A stretch of 64,000 bases of DNA from Marsupella aquatica (lineage: Eukaryota > Plantae > Marchantiophyta). Location of the stretch: the NCBI GenBank assembly GCA_973895155.1, contig OZ316895.1, positions 804,435 through 868,434 of the forward strand. Reading direction: 5' to 3'. Of the stretch, positions 24,126 through 36,116 are shown in pieces (the stretch's first letter is position 1; every line of letters starts with the position of its first letter). The notes below the pieces were generated by a model. That model had not been told where the DNA came from. It searched no databases and saw nothing but the letters and a program-made list of their open reading frames with translations. Position numbers and translations under genes: made by a program.

Positions 24126-27100
24126 TTAACGGGAACGAATACCGAGTTTAGAGACGTAAAAGAGTTCTTTTGGTTCTCTATAGCAAACTACAGTTGGTGC
24201 CTCAATTACTGATTCGGTTTGTGTCTCTAGGTTTGGCTCCTCCGCGGACCCCTGCCCTTCCCTTTTGGCTGTAGTTTCCGAGAGATGGTCAGCCTCTGAA
24301 GGTCCCTGACTCATGATCTCTTGATCATCTTCGGGGTTGCTCCTTTCCCTTTCCGCTGACTTGGAAACTTCCAGCTCCATGCCCTCTGCTGTTGTCGGCC
24401 CTTCTCCCTCTGTGTGCGTGAGGGCTGGTGTCTCCTCCATTGCCGGGGTTTCGAGTAGTTCACTGATAGTAACGCGCTTCCTTGGTTTATCGTCCTCAAA
24501 CTCGTTTGATCGTTTCAGCTTCAAAGTCTTCATGCCCACCGGTAATGTGTAATGCCTATTACCGACCCTCGACCATTCGAATTTCACCTCGCGCTGATAG
24601 CCACTCCACTCGGGGTTCTCTCGTAATCTCCTTGCCAGTCGGAAATAGGGTTTTTGGTTTAACAGTTCTTTTGCGGATGATGGTGCTGGCTCTTTGGATT
24701 CTAGTGTATCCTGGACTTCTAGTATAACATGTAATTCTCCCGTGGAGTAGTTCTCAATACAGGGTATTGAGTTGGGTCCTATCAAAATCCGATCTGCAAT
24801 CCATGTGGAAAAGGGTCCGTGTGTACATCCTACGATTACTACTCTATAAAGAAACCTTCTCCTCCTCTCTTCCTGGCCTTTGGGTAATTTGTGCTTCCAA
24901 TCGTGGATCTGAAAGATTTCAGATAGGTCCTCCGCCGCTAGAACCACTGACTTGATTTGACCTGATTCCGTTGGTTCATTTGATGGGATGGTTCCGTTCA
25001 CATAATCCTCTAACGGGTACCCCTTGATCATTAGTTCTCGTCCTTGTTCATTGGTGCTTTCTTCTCATTGTAGTGTGTCACGTGTGGTGGTTGCGACTAG
25101 CTTCTTTGCGTGTGCTAAGGGTCGTTCCTTGTTCTTGGCGGTGAGTGCCCCTCCGGTGGCTTCCGTAGATGCTTGATCGGGGGTCACGCCGATACAGGCT
25201 ACCATTCTAGTGGGTAGCTCGTACCCTTCTCCATCCGCTTGACTCTCGTTAGGTGGTGCTGTCGGCAGTTGATAGTTGTCGTCGTCCTCGTTGAGCGCCG
25301 GTACCGTATCGGAGTCATTGCCAACTTCGCTTTCCCCTGGGTAGTCATTAACCGTATCCTCTACTTCTCGTAAGTACACGTCGTTCCTTACGTGGTACGA
25401 CTTCATCTTATTCCTGTTCACCCGCTGTTGCTCGCTCCCATCCTGGCTGGTAATTTTGAAGGTTCCGTTTCCCCATGCCTTGAGGACGGTAAAGGGTCCT
25501 TCCCATTTAAGTCTCAACTTTCCTTTTTTTATTCGTGCCCGCTTTCGGCACCACAGTACTAATTCCCCTTCCGTGAACGTGGTTACCTCCCGTTGATCGT
25601 CTATTCATCGCTTGCGTTGTCCTTGTACATACTCTAATCGCTCTTTGGCCCTTCTCCGGGTTTCGGTAACCTCCAATAGTGCTTTTAACTGTCTAGTTAA
25701 ACACGGGTTCTGATTTATGTCGTATCCCGCTGCGATTTGCAAACTAGGTAATTCGTAGTCTGTCGGCATATGAGCCTCAACTCCAAACATTAATTGAAAA
25801 GGGGTGTGGCCCGTGGTTACCTTATATGCCGTGCGGAATGCCCATACTGCCGCCGGCAGCTGAACGTCCCAATCGTTTTGCTGTTCGTTAACCACTTTCC
25901 GTAAAACATTGAGTAAGACTTTGTTTGTTGACTCCGCTTGCCCGTTACACTGAGGGTAATAGGGAGTCAAAAACCGATGGCTTATATGGTAATTATCCGT
26001 CAGTTCCTGGATAACCTTGTTCATAAAATGTGACCCTTGATCGCTCACTAGCTCACCTGGTAATCCGTATCTCGTGATGATGTTCTGGTACAAGAACTTG
26101 GCTGTTACTCGGGCAATGTTCTCCCGAGTTGCAACTGCTTCCACCCATTTTGTGGTATATTCTGTTGCTGCTAAAATATACTGGTTCTGACTATATCTGG
26201 AAGATGGAGTGATGGGTCCTATGAAATCTAGTCCCCATTTCTGAAAAATATAAGGGGCGATTATAGGCCTGAACTCCATGTTTTCCTTTATAGGTCCTGT
26301 ACGCTGACACAGGTCGCAAGGTTTTACAATCTCCCGAGTGTCTTTATGGACAGTTGCCCACCAACGTCCTTGCTGAAGAATCTTCCTCAGGGTGATCTCC
26401 ATGCCGAAATGTCCCCCTCCTAGTCCTTCATATGCCGCGATTAAGGCTTCTGGCCGTTCTTCCTCCGGAACTACTCTACGTAGTATGTCATCGGGCCCCT
26501 GGTAATAAAGCACGTGGTTGATCAAGGTATAGGGCCTTGCCTTATAGGCGTAGACCTTCCTTTCCTTACTGGACAACCCCTCGGGGAATACCGCTGTGCG
26601 TAAATACCTTTCTAATGCTGGTTCGTCATCCAAGGTCACTAGATTTACAGGATGCCTTTCCTTGGCGTCTTGAAATAGCTCCATATTCGATAATTGATCG
26701 TCTTCTTCCTTGCCTGTCTCTCCTGATTCGAGTCTACTCAAATAATCGGGTATGACATGGGTTTTCCCGGGTTTATAAATGATGGTGTAATCAAACTCAG
26801 CTAATAACAAAATCCATCTTGCAATTCGGCCCGACAGCTGTGGTTTGTTTACTAAGTTGACCAAGGCATTATGATCTACATAGAATATGAATCGATTCCC
26901 AAGTAAATAATGCCTAAATTTCTTTACTGCAAATATCATGGCTAATGCTTCCCTCTCAGTCGTGGTGTAGTTCCTTTCATGCATGTTTAACAGTCTACTA
27001 GCATAGTATACTGGTAAATCGATACCTTGTTCTCCCTTTTGTGCTAACACTGCCCCCACCGCCACCAGAGAAGCATCTGTATGTAGATGGAACTCCCTCT

Positions 27101-30100
27101 TCCAATCTGGCTCCTTGAGTATGGGTGCATGGCACAACCGGTCTTTGATTTCTTCAAACGCGTTCTGACAGTCGTCGTCCCAAGTGAACGTTTGATGGTT
27201 ACCCGTTAATCGTGCCAACGGGGCACTAATTTGGGAGTACCCCTTGATGTAACGACGGTAAAAACCTCCACTTCCTAGGAACCTTCTGACTTGGGTTGCA
27301 CTATTGGGAACTGGCATCTCTTTAATGATTTTTATCTTATCTGGGTCTACTAACAAGCCTTGTTTACAGACTATGCGTCCTAATATCCTGCCCGATGGTA
27401 CAAAGAAGGTGCACTTATCAGGGTTCAGGCTGACTCCCCCTTCCCTACATCTTAAGAGGCATAATCTGAGATGACCTATATGTTGCTCTTCCTCTCCGTA
27501 TATGGTGAAGTCATCTAGGAAGATTTGCATAAACTGATTCAAATACTCATGAAATAACATCATCATTAATCGCTGGAATGTACTAGGCCCATTGCATAAT
27601 CCAAAGGGTAATACGAGACACTGGAAAGCGCCCCATTCCGTAATGAAAGTGGTCAGCTCCCTTGCTTCTGTTGCTAACCGGACCTGACTGTACCCGCTGT
27701 ACCCATCTAAAAATGAATAAGCTGACTTTCCTGCTACCACATCCAAAACTGCTTCTAGAAAGGGTACCGGGAAAGGGTCTTTTATGGTCGCTGCGTTTAA
27801 TTTTCTGAAATCAATGCAGACTCTTAACTTCCCATTTTTCTTAGGTACTACGACTATCGGGGATAGCCACGTATAACGCTTAACAGGTTCAATGAATTTG
27901 GCATCAAGGAGCCTTTGGATTTCTTCTTTTACCTTTTCCGCATAGTTGGGGTTCATCCTATATCGTTGTGTCTGCACCAGTACTGATCCTGGTATGAGTC
28001 GGATTCGATGTAGCCAATTGACTCTGGAACTCCCTTTAACTCCGTGTAATCCCAGGCAAAAACATCTCGGAATTTGGCGAGTAGGGTAACAAGTTCCTCT
28101 TTGAGCTCGGGGGAAAGGTGTTTCCCTATCTTTACTTCTCGTGGTCGTTCAGTGTCACTCAAATCGACCTTCTGAATGTGCTCTTCCTTGGTGGCACTCC
28201 ATCCCACCACTTTCTCTGCTAGCTCCTGCAAGGTGGTCTGTGCTTCTTCCTCCTTTAATGAGCACTCCTAAATGCCTTGCGGGTCTATGTGTTTAAACAG
28301 ATTGTTTCATAGATCATGATCCATTTTTTCTTTGGTCATTCCTTGCATCTCGTCGAGCTTGACTATTTCCATATCTGAAATTAGGACTAAGTCTGGACGG
28401 CATTTTAAATAGGTCTCTTCTTCATCCTCATTCAACCCCTCTGCCCAGTTCAAGGTACAGACTCTGGCCATAGGTGGTACACCGTCCTCGATAGCCTTGG
28501 TTTTGATCTTGAAAGTCTCTCCTCCGTGTTCTATTTTTATATAATCCTTCTCTTCCCCCCAGTGTTGTTTTACTTTGGCCTGTCTTAGCCAAGGTCGCCC
28601 TAACAACATGGGTTGTCCTCGGGTGGAATCTGCTTCTCTCAAAACTACCACTCCTAAATTGTACTTGATGCCTGAAATCAGCATTGGTAAGTCTGGCACG
28701 TAACCCAGTGGGTGACAACTGCTTTGATCGGCCATTATTAAATTAAAAGGGGCTGGTAAGAGTTTGACTCTGCCTAGCAGTCTGTAGGTCTGCTCACTCA
28801 TGAGGTTTACGGCTGACCCTCCATCTAGCAATACGTTCTTTAGTTTGATGCCCCTTATGCTGATCTGTACTACGGCTCCTTTGTCGATTAGGGGAATCTT
28901 CCCAGCTTGGTACAGTGGTACTCCGGGTAATGTGGTAGGAGTAATTCTGCCTCCCAACCGTCTCATTACTGCTTCCTTGCACTGTGGTGCTAATTGGAAC
29001 AGTTCCTCGACAGTGATGTCGACTCTGGTCTTCGCGATGAGTTGCACTAGCTTATCCACTATTCGCTGGTTCGCTTCGACAGGGTTATTCGGTGGTTCTT
29101 CGTCTCGTGGAAGTTGTCCCGTTTCTTGATCGAATCCCCCCATCGTCACTCCCTCCTCTAGAATTTCCGTATTTGTCTTTGCGTAAGGTTCTGAACGCAT
29201 TAATCATTCAGGTCGTGGCAAGGTCTCGTTCCGCTGTTTGTGGTGAATTTCATCCGCCATTTCTCAGGTGGTTGCATCCATTTGGCTCCAATCGAATCCT
29301 CCCTCAGTCTCAGGGGAATTGGTTTGGGTTGAGTTCTCTGGCTGCCCTTGAGATCTTGTCACCACGTATGTTGACACCTGCACAGTATTCACAGGTGCTG
29401 GGGCTTTCCCCGCTATTTCTTCTTTTTCTTTCATGTGCTTCATCCATAATTCACAATTGGGCCCCCTGATGTGGCCAATTAGTCGACAGTAATAGCAAAT
29501 CGGTGGGTATTTAGTACCACCATCCTTATAGGGCCTTCGGTTTGCATTACGATCCGGATTGTAATATCCTTGACTACTCTCCATCCTATCCCCATCTTGT
29601 TTGCTTGTTCCTACCTGATTTACACCTAGGCTAGGTTTCTTTTTAAAAGGATTCTGGTTGCATTCCTGAGTAGTATGTCCAGGCCTCATATGTATTTCAC
29701 AGAATTTACGAGTACTAAGCTTGCCTGGCTCTCGGTTTTCCTTGACTTCTACCTTAGAAGGTTCTGTTTTCCGGTTAACCCTCTCTTCATCCTTACTGCT
29801 CTCGTTCTTTTCCTGGTTAAGCATCTGAGTAATGCCTTCTAGCCGTATTAATCTTTTCTTGTATTCGTCAGCATTAGAAGTGGGATTTTGTTCTACCACT
29901 GTGACTAGACTTCCCTTCACAGCCTTTCTCATCCAGCTAATTCGTTGCCCGTCGGACGGTTTGTTAGTTAATCGCCTCATTGTTACCTTTAACCGTCCAA
30001 TATAGTTCTGTACTGGTTCTCCTTTCTTCTGAGTCATGTTTTGCAAAATGCTATACAAATCAGATTCTTCCTTAGCTCTTCTGTAATGATCTAAGAATTC

Positions 30101-30514
30101 TTTTGAAAACTCAGGCCAAGTTTTAAAATGGTCAGCTGGGTATTGAGTGTACCATACAAAAGCCTCCTTGTCCAATGAGCTGGGAAACAGCTCTAATCGG
30201 GCTGTGTCATTCTGTTTGTGGTTAGCTCTGAGCATTTCTTCGAAACGTGCTAAGTGGGTATCGGCATCTTCATCAGGTGCTCCCTTGAACATGGGTATTT
30301 TAACCCTTCTGGTAGGAGCCGATCTCGAACTAATGCCAGCTCCTTGGTGGGTTTTAAGTCGTTCCATGGCTTCTTCCAGGGGTTCTTCGACCTTATCTTG
30401 AGCCCTTGAAGTCTCGATTCGTTCTTTGACCTCAAGTCTGAGTCTGCTTTCTTGGAAAGGTTCGAACTCCTCTGCCATTTCCCCTTCGTTGGGATTGATG
30501 GGCGTCTTGCCCAT
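24126..30514 (-). pseudogene. gag-pol polyprotein (single ancestral ORF of ~2100 codons) with long C-terminal extension
   Basis: Gag with CYYCRLIGHIRGPNC; protease LLDGGSAVNLM; RT LRVCIDFRKLN, LPFGLCNGP, FLDD; RNase H HTDAS; integrase GGHFG..CDLCQ, WGLDFIGP, SDQGSHF, NGQAE; WEGPF. Six in-frame stops and one frameshift near 28010. Confidence 0.92.
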
Positions 30515-30736
30515 TTATCTTCTGGGTTAGCAAAGCCTTTTCTCTGCCTTCAAGCAATATACTCAACGATCAGGTCTTTCTTTACAAGGGTGATGTCAAG
30601 ATCTTATTACTCGTTAATTTTCACAAAAACGGAGACCTTCTACTATCTCCTTTACTTGACTAATGCTATAACTTTTGTTAATCAGTTCCTCTCTCTCCTT
30701 TGCTCAACTGCGGCTATGCCCTTTGCGAAATGACTC

Positions 30737-31051
30737 CTATTCGCTTAAACTAGGAGTGCAGGCTTCTGGAGCCATGAGTTCCTCGTTAAAGCACATCGTT
30801 AATAACTGGTTTAACATAGAAAACTCAAAACTGTCATGTTGACTCCACATCATACATCTTGGGCAAGCTCCTGCGGTTTCCTCTAGTTTAGAACTTAATT
30901 TCCTAGCGATTCTGCCTATCTGGAATGCTATCGCAACCGGGTACTCATTTCGATTCCAATGACACCATTCTAAGAGTTTTCTAAGGTCCTCCTTTCTCTT
31001 GGGTAGGCGGTACTGCGTGTAGCCTTGAGGTAATCGATCACTTGGTGGCAT
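30737..31051 (-). CDS. LTR cassette ORF2 (5' LTR), 104 aa, unknown function
   Basis: Intact ATG ORF overlapping ORF1 by 14 nt. Confidence 0.55.
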   Translation of the reverse strand: MPPSDRLPQGYTQYRLPKRKEDLRKLLEWCHWNRNEYPVAIAFQIGRIARKLSSKLEETAGACPRCMMWSQHDSFEFSMLNQLLTMCFNEELMAPEACTPSLSE

Positions 31052-31319
31052 GGTCGCTACTGTAACCGCTGCTCTGAACAGAGGATTGCAAATGAATTGC
31101 TCGCCTCCTCACGTTCCAGGTTCCTCCATGCACTTCTCGAAGTACCAACTCTGTGTGTGTGGGTGTGGTGTAAGCAATTATCATAACATCGCCTTCTCGT
31201 GCCCTACTTCTCCCACTGGCTAGTATCGAGTGCTCTTTCTCGTTCAGTGTTGCTATGATTGCTGCTTCGGCATCCTTCTCAAAATAGAACATCGTCCAGA
31301 AATCCTTCGGCGAGTTCAT
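31038..31319 (-). CDS. LTR cassette ORF1 (5' LTR), 93 aa, unknown function
   Basis: Intact ATG ORF starting where LTR-LTR similarity ends. Confidence 0.55.
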   Translation of the reverse strand: MNSPKDFWTMFYFEKDAEAAIIATLNEKEHSILASGRSRAREGDVMIIAYTTPTHTELVLREVHGGTWNVRRRAIHLQSSVQSSGYSSDHATK

Positions 31320-31781
31320 GTCATCGTTGCGATTAACGAGTAACGACTTGCTGCATAAGGCAAATTCCTTCTCTCTCTCTCTCTAATTCAACGTTCTCAT
31401 TCACTGCTCAAGTGCGGACTTCACTCTGTTGCATTCATTCCAAACTCTCTCTTTATACTCAAAGACTACTCAACTGAGTAGGGACACTATTACAAAATTG
31501 CTGGCATTCCTAAGGTGAGCGGAGCCCTACCTTGCCCCAGACTCTAGCAAAAAGTGACAGAGCGCCTAGCGCTCCACAGCCTCTAAATACCTATGCCTCG
31601 TGTCCGTCTTCGCCCGAGGCCTCTACTACTTCTTGGGGTGCGCCGATTACAGTTGGACGACTCGCGCCTCCTCTTTGATCTCCTTCGCTCATTCACCAAG
31701 AACGCTAACTAATGCCTACCAGAACGATGAGTGGAAGCCAAGAACTGCTGATTACTATGTCAAGAAGTTCTGTCTTCCTGG

Positions 31782-32386
31782 TTATTGAACTGTGCAACGG
31801 CCTCCTCGATTCCCTTCGGTTGCGCCTGATCCGGAAGCTTCTGGACTCCCGATTGTTAATCTTGCCATATGTGCCTCGACCTCCTGACTCCTATCATCTT
31901 CTTTGGGGTTGCTCGGTTCGCCGGCCACGATTACTTGTTTGGCGGTGATTAATCGCCACGTAATCCGCTGATCGTGGTTGTTCTCCCGTCTTAGCAGCAG
32001 ATTCCATTTCTTCCGCATGACCTTTCTACAGAGTTCTTCGATGGCCTCACCGGTGGTGAATCGTTGGCGGAACTCTTCGCCCTTCATTCCGAACAATTGT
32101 TGCCCCGCCGCATCCCATACACGACAGCTTCCTTCTGTGATCCGAATAGTGAACATGAACATAGGCACTCCTTCGCCTAGCGACTTACACTCATGAGCTA
32201 ACCGATTCCTGCTAACGGGGGTTCCTATATCCGCCCCCCTTGCCTTTTTTGTCGAGCTCTTGTGCCTAAGGCACATACTCTGCCATCTGCTAGTAGGCCA
32301 TCGCAGCCTTCATAGCAGAACTCGACTCCTACACGACCGTTAATCGAGATGATCGTCACCTCCCCTACTTCCAGCCTTTCTGTCAT
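31782..32386 (-). pseudogene. RPA70-C-like OB-fold ORF (5' LTR copy; 1-bp deletion in C-run 32234-32239)
   Basis: Near-identical to 17690-18295, with C6 here versus C7 in the other copy. Confidence 0.6.
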
Positions 32387-32776
32387 CTCAACAAAATGAA
32401 TAACCGCTGGTCCTTGCTTACTACTTCCTAAATACTCTTGGTTGACCACTAGTTGACACTTCTAAACCTAAAAAAAACTATAATATCGCCGGTGTAATTC
32501 TTATCGTTTACAGGTGGCAAAGTCGATGCACTCTTCTGGCATGCCAACGACATCTAGGCTTGAAGGTAAGGCCTTTACAACTGTGTGGGATATGATTATT
32601 AAACGTATAGTTTGAATTGACATTGTTTGTTGAATGTGTTATTTTCAGTAACATATATTGTGGTTGTTGTGTCCATAGAGAATAAGACAGGTGTTGTAGA
32701 GAAGAAGTATGAGAACCTGGCAAAGACTCGCTGTAATTTAGAGGCAACAAAGTTGTAGTCTGTACATGCAACTTGT

Positions 32777-33475
32777 TTGACAGAGGGCAGTCAACCATGT
32801 TTGGATGAGGATGACATTGGCAAGGGAGTGGATGATATCAATGTTGGGGCAAATGAGGATGTCAGCAACCATGACAATGATACCATTGAGCCAGATTCAT
32901 GCTATGTAGATCTTGACTCCATTGCAGAGATAAATGATTTGCAGAATGTATCATTCTCAATGACAGGTGTGCCTCTTGTTGAGATAAATCCAACCAAAGA
33001 GTTAGTTGGTATGACACTCCTAGGTGAGGAACCTGCTACTGTGACAGTCCTAACAGAGGAACCTACTGAGCCTAGCTTCACTCCTGTGAAGAGAGGAAGC
33101 ATGCGCACATGAAGCAAGTCTGCTGGTGGGAGCAGAGCCACGTCAAAGGTTTCATACAAACCTCCAAGAACGGTGCTGGCAGAAAGATCTAAGGTGGAAG
33201 TGGGGAAAGCACCTAATGCTGAGGGACAAAGTGGCTTGTTAGCTGTTGATGAGAGAGGAACACGAGTAGGATTTGGCAGAGTGCAGGTTGGTTCTACAAC
33301 GTTCCATGGCAAGAGGATTCCCCCAGGTTATTCAGTAGTCTTAGTCACATTACTAGTGAAACCTAGAGCTATTCTTCCCATTCCAAACACAAATGATGAT
33401 CCTCCTCAGAAGACACTTGGAGATGCTATAGGTTCTTTGGTATTATGGCCAAGCAAGTTCATAGAGGATCCATAA
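32777..33475 (+). pseudogene. CACTA TnpA/Tnp1-like C-terminal exon
   Basis: VGFGRVQVGSTTFHGKRIPPGYSVVLV..LPIPN..TLGDAIGSLVLWP. One in-frame TGA at 33110-33112. Confidence 0.7.
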
Positions 33476-36116
33476 CAATGTCATGCCATTATTTGTTTGT
33501 ATAGTGAGTCATGTTATGTAGATATTAGATCTCACGAAGCAGTACAAGAATCATGTCCTCTTGGAGATTCATAGTATCATGCATGTGCTTTCAGTTATTT
33601 CATCCTGCAATTATTAGTTATGAGTTCCTATTTTGTCTGAATTACATTGATCACATTGTAAACTATTCCATTGGAATTCAAATGATCTTCATTTTTTAGC
33701 AAGATTGTGATTCTGTTTAATTGTTATGAATGTTTTATGTGGGATCTGCTTATGTGATGGTTTGTTTCATGTGGATGTCATTCATGCTATGTTCATTTCT
33801 TGTATTCAATGTGTTATATTTCTAAAGTTAGAACATCAGTGTTTCTATGTATTAAAATGTGGAGTGCTCTCTCTCCTTATGAACTGTCCCTCTATGTTCA
33901 TTAGTCATGGTTACAACTTGCATGTGAACCTTATTAGTTATAAACATGAGTATATAGAGTCCCAAATGGTTCTGTTGGGTGACCCGGGCCAGGGTCCCCA
34001 TTGGTCTATCTTGTGACACTAAATGGTCACAAGCTAGTCGTTGTTGAATGCAGGTAAGTCATGTATGTGACTTACAATGTGACTCGTTAAAGTCATATTG
34101 CAGTCACGTAGAAACAAGGCTAGACTCCACAATAAAGTCACAGATCAGTCACAAATGGGTATCAAGCAAGTTGCAAAGCCCAATATCTAATAGTGACTTC
34201 CATTTTTTGGTCTCAACTTTTGCAACTCCAAGGGTCACAGCATGGGTCACGTCATGTTGAGTCACAATGAAGTCACATGAGCCAAAATGAGTCACATAAT
34301 GCGGTCTCAGTTCACCTCGGATTCTTCTAGTGTGAACACTACTATGAGGGAGCGCCTCAACAAACACGAGTATTGGTGGAGCGGACCACTAGTTGGAACC
34401 TGGACGCCCGCCTGGATGCAACAAGTAAGCGCATTTATGGAGTGCCAAGTCCATGACGTAACGAACTGCATGGTATGATAGCCAAAAGAAAATATAAGGA
34501 TATAACTGTATGTTCATAGAATTCTAATTAGATTGAGTTTTTTGGAGGATGATTTCATGGAGAGATATGCTTAGAAGACCCCCTTCTGGAAAAAGTTTGC
34601 TTAATCAATTGCAACCACCTATATACTTTTCTCCAATCTGGACCATTGATGGACCTTTCAATCTCAGATCTTGACCGTTGATAGACCTCAGGGGTGGATC
34701 AAGTAACAAGTTTTATTTTGGGGGTTGATCAGGCAAATGCCTCTGATTTCATGGCATCTAGGTGAGACATGCCATTGAAGTATTGTCTCCATATTCAGCT
34801 AGTGGACAAATGGAGTAACACCTCCATATAAGACCTCAACTTGCATATATATCTCATGTGAGTGGAAATTTGTCAATGATTCTTTGTATAGGAAAAATTC
34901 ATGTTTGTGTACCTCCATCCTAATATTTTATTCTTTGCTTGTGCAGGGGGGATTCCCTTGAGGAGGGCTGAGACCTAGCACCTATAGTGTTTCAACTTGT
35001 TTTTGTGAGGTTTAGCATGTTTAGACTTGAGGGGTTCACTATGACAATTTTGACTGCTATGTCAGGTTTTGTGTTGAGTTTATAAAATATTTTTTCTTTG
35101 TAAGTGTCTTGCTTCCAAGTCCCACAAATTACATTGAGTGTATAACTTGGGCACTGGACCATGAAAAGTGACAAAAGAACCCCTAAACTGAAGTGGAACA
35201 AAGAATCCAATTTGAAAATGCAATGTCTATCACCCATAGAGTGAACCCATTTTCACCTTCGATTATCTTGGGTAGTGTCATGTAGTTCAATGTGGTTTTT
35301 GTATACTGAGTGTTCATTTCAGTTTGTGGCTTGAGTGGGTGACTTTTGGGTTGTGTGATGTTCTTCAATTAATGTGGTTGTTGTAGACTTGTTGCATTCA
35401 TTTGAGTTTATGGTTTGAGTTTTGTACTTGATGGGAGTAAGTAGATTTGGGAAGCCTTGGTTTGGTGTTGTTTTGGGTATTTAGGTTCCTTGTTTACTTT
35501 TTGGGCAGGAATTCTACTCTTGCAAAGTGCTCCAAACAGAAAATGCATTGCATAAGTACAATGGCTCTATGACAGGACTTTCTAGTGATGTAGTACGTAC
35601 TCCCAAGGGTAATTGAACCCCTTTTGCTGCGAAGTTGCCTTCACAGAAGTTTGAATTGCTTCTGGAAACTTGGTTCAATCAGAAAATCCTGAAACATATG
35701 CCAAGTGAGTGTACACCAGGAATCTTTTCCTTTTCATCATGGTTTTGACATAGCTGTATGCAACACACATGAGGAACTATTCAATAGGTACTACAAGATT
35801 GAGATCTCCATGACACTCTATAATAGCAATGCAAAACTTGGGAAAATCAGCTTGGACCTCTGCCAATGTGATAGTGTGCACAGTGGGTGGAGCACCCTCA
35901 ACACCAGTAGGATCCTGCCAAGTCAAATTGAATGTCCCATTGCCCTGGTCAGTATGACATTCTGGGTGACATTCAACTTTCTAATTGGTGCCATGTTCCC
36001 AAACACATAAGCAAAGGCAGTCACATATATATATATCACATATGCTGCCCAACATTCAAAGAAAATTTACATTTGACAACGCCAAAGCCAGAAATTCTGC
36101 ACCACAAACTGAAGGA

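Larger units (their letters stand above)
16555..32512 (-). mobile_element. Gene-rich Ty3/gypsy LTR retrotransposon (non-chromovirus, Athila/Tat-side), chimeric and decayed
   Basis: Domain order gag-PR-RT-RH-INT, no chromodomain seen. Termini on the minus strand are TGTAAACG...CGTTTAACA. PPT-like GCAAAGGAGAA (18433-18423) abuts the 3' LTR. Direct repeats 17222-18422 and 31321-32512. The flanks (GTCAT and GGTGG) do not form a TSD. Confidence 0.9.
30676..32512 (-). repeat. 5' LTR of the gypsy element (~1837 bp; inner end inferred)
   Basis: Starts TGTAAACG. The inferred end TTAACA at 30676 gives a length and ORF-to-end spacing (61 vs 66 bp) matching the 3' LTR. No canonical TGG PBS follows. Confidence 0.7.
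11810..34332. mobile_element. CACTA (En/Spm) DNA transposon, internally deleted, hosting the gypsy element
   Basis: TIRs CACTAGAAGAA (11810) and TTCTTCTAGTG (34332), with 3-bp TSD TGA on both sides. GTGACT/AGTCAC subterminal motifs occur near both ends, and Tnp2 and TnpA remnants lie inside. Confidence 0.9.
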
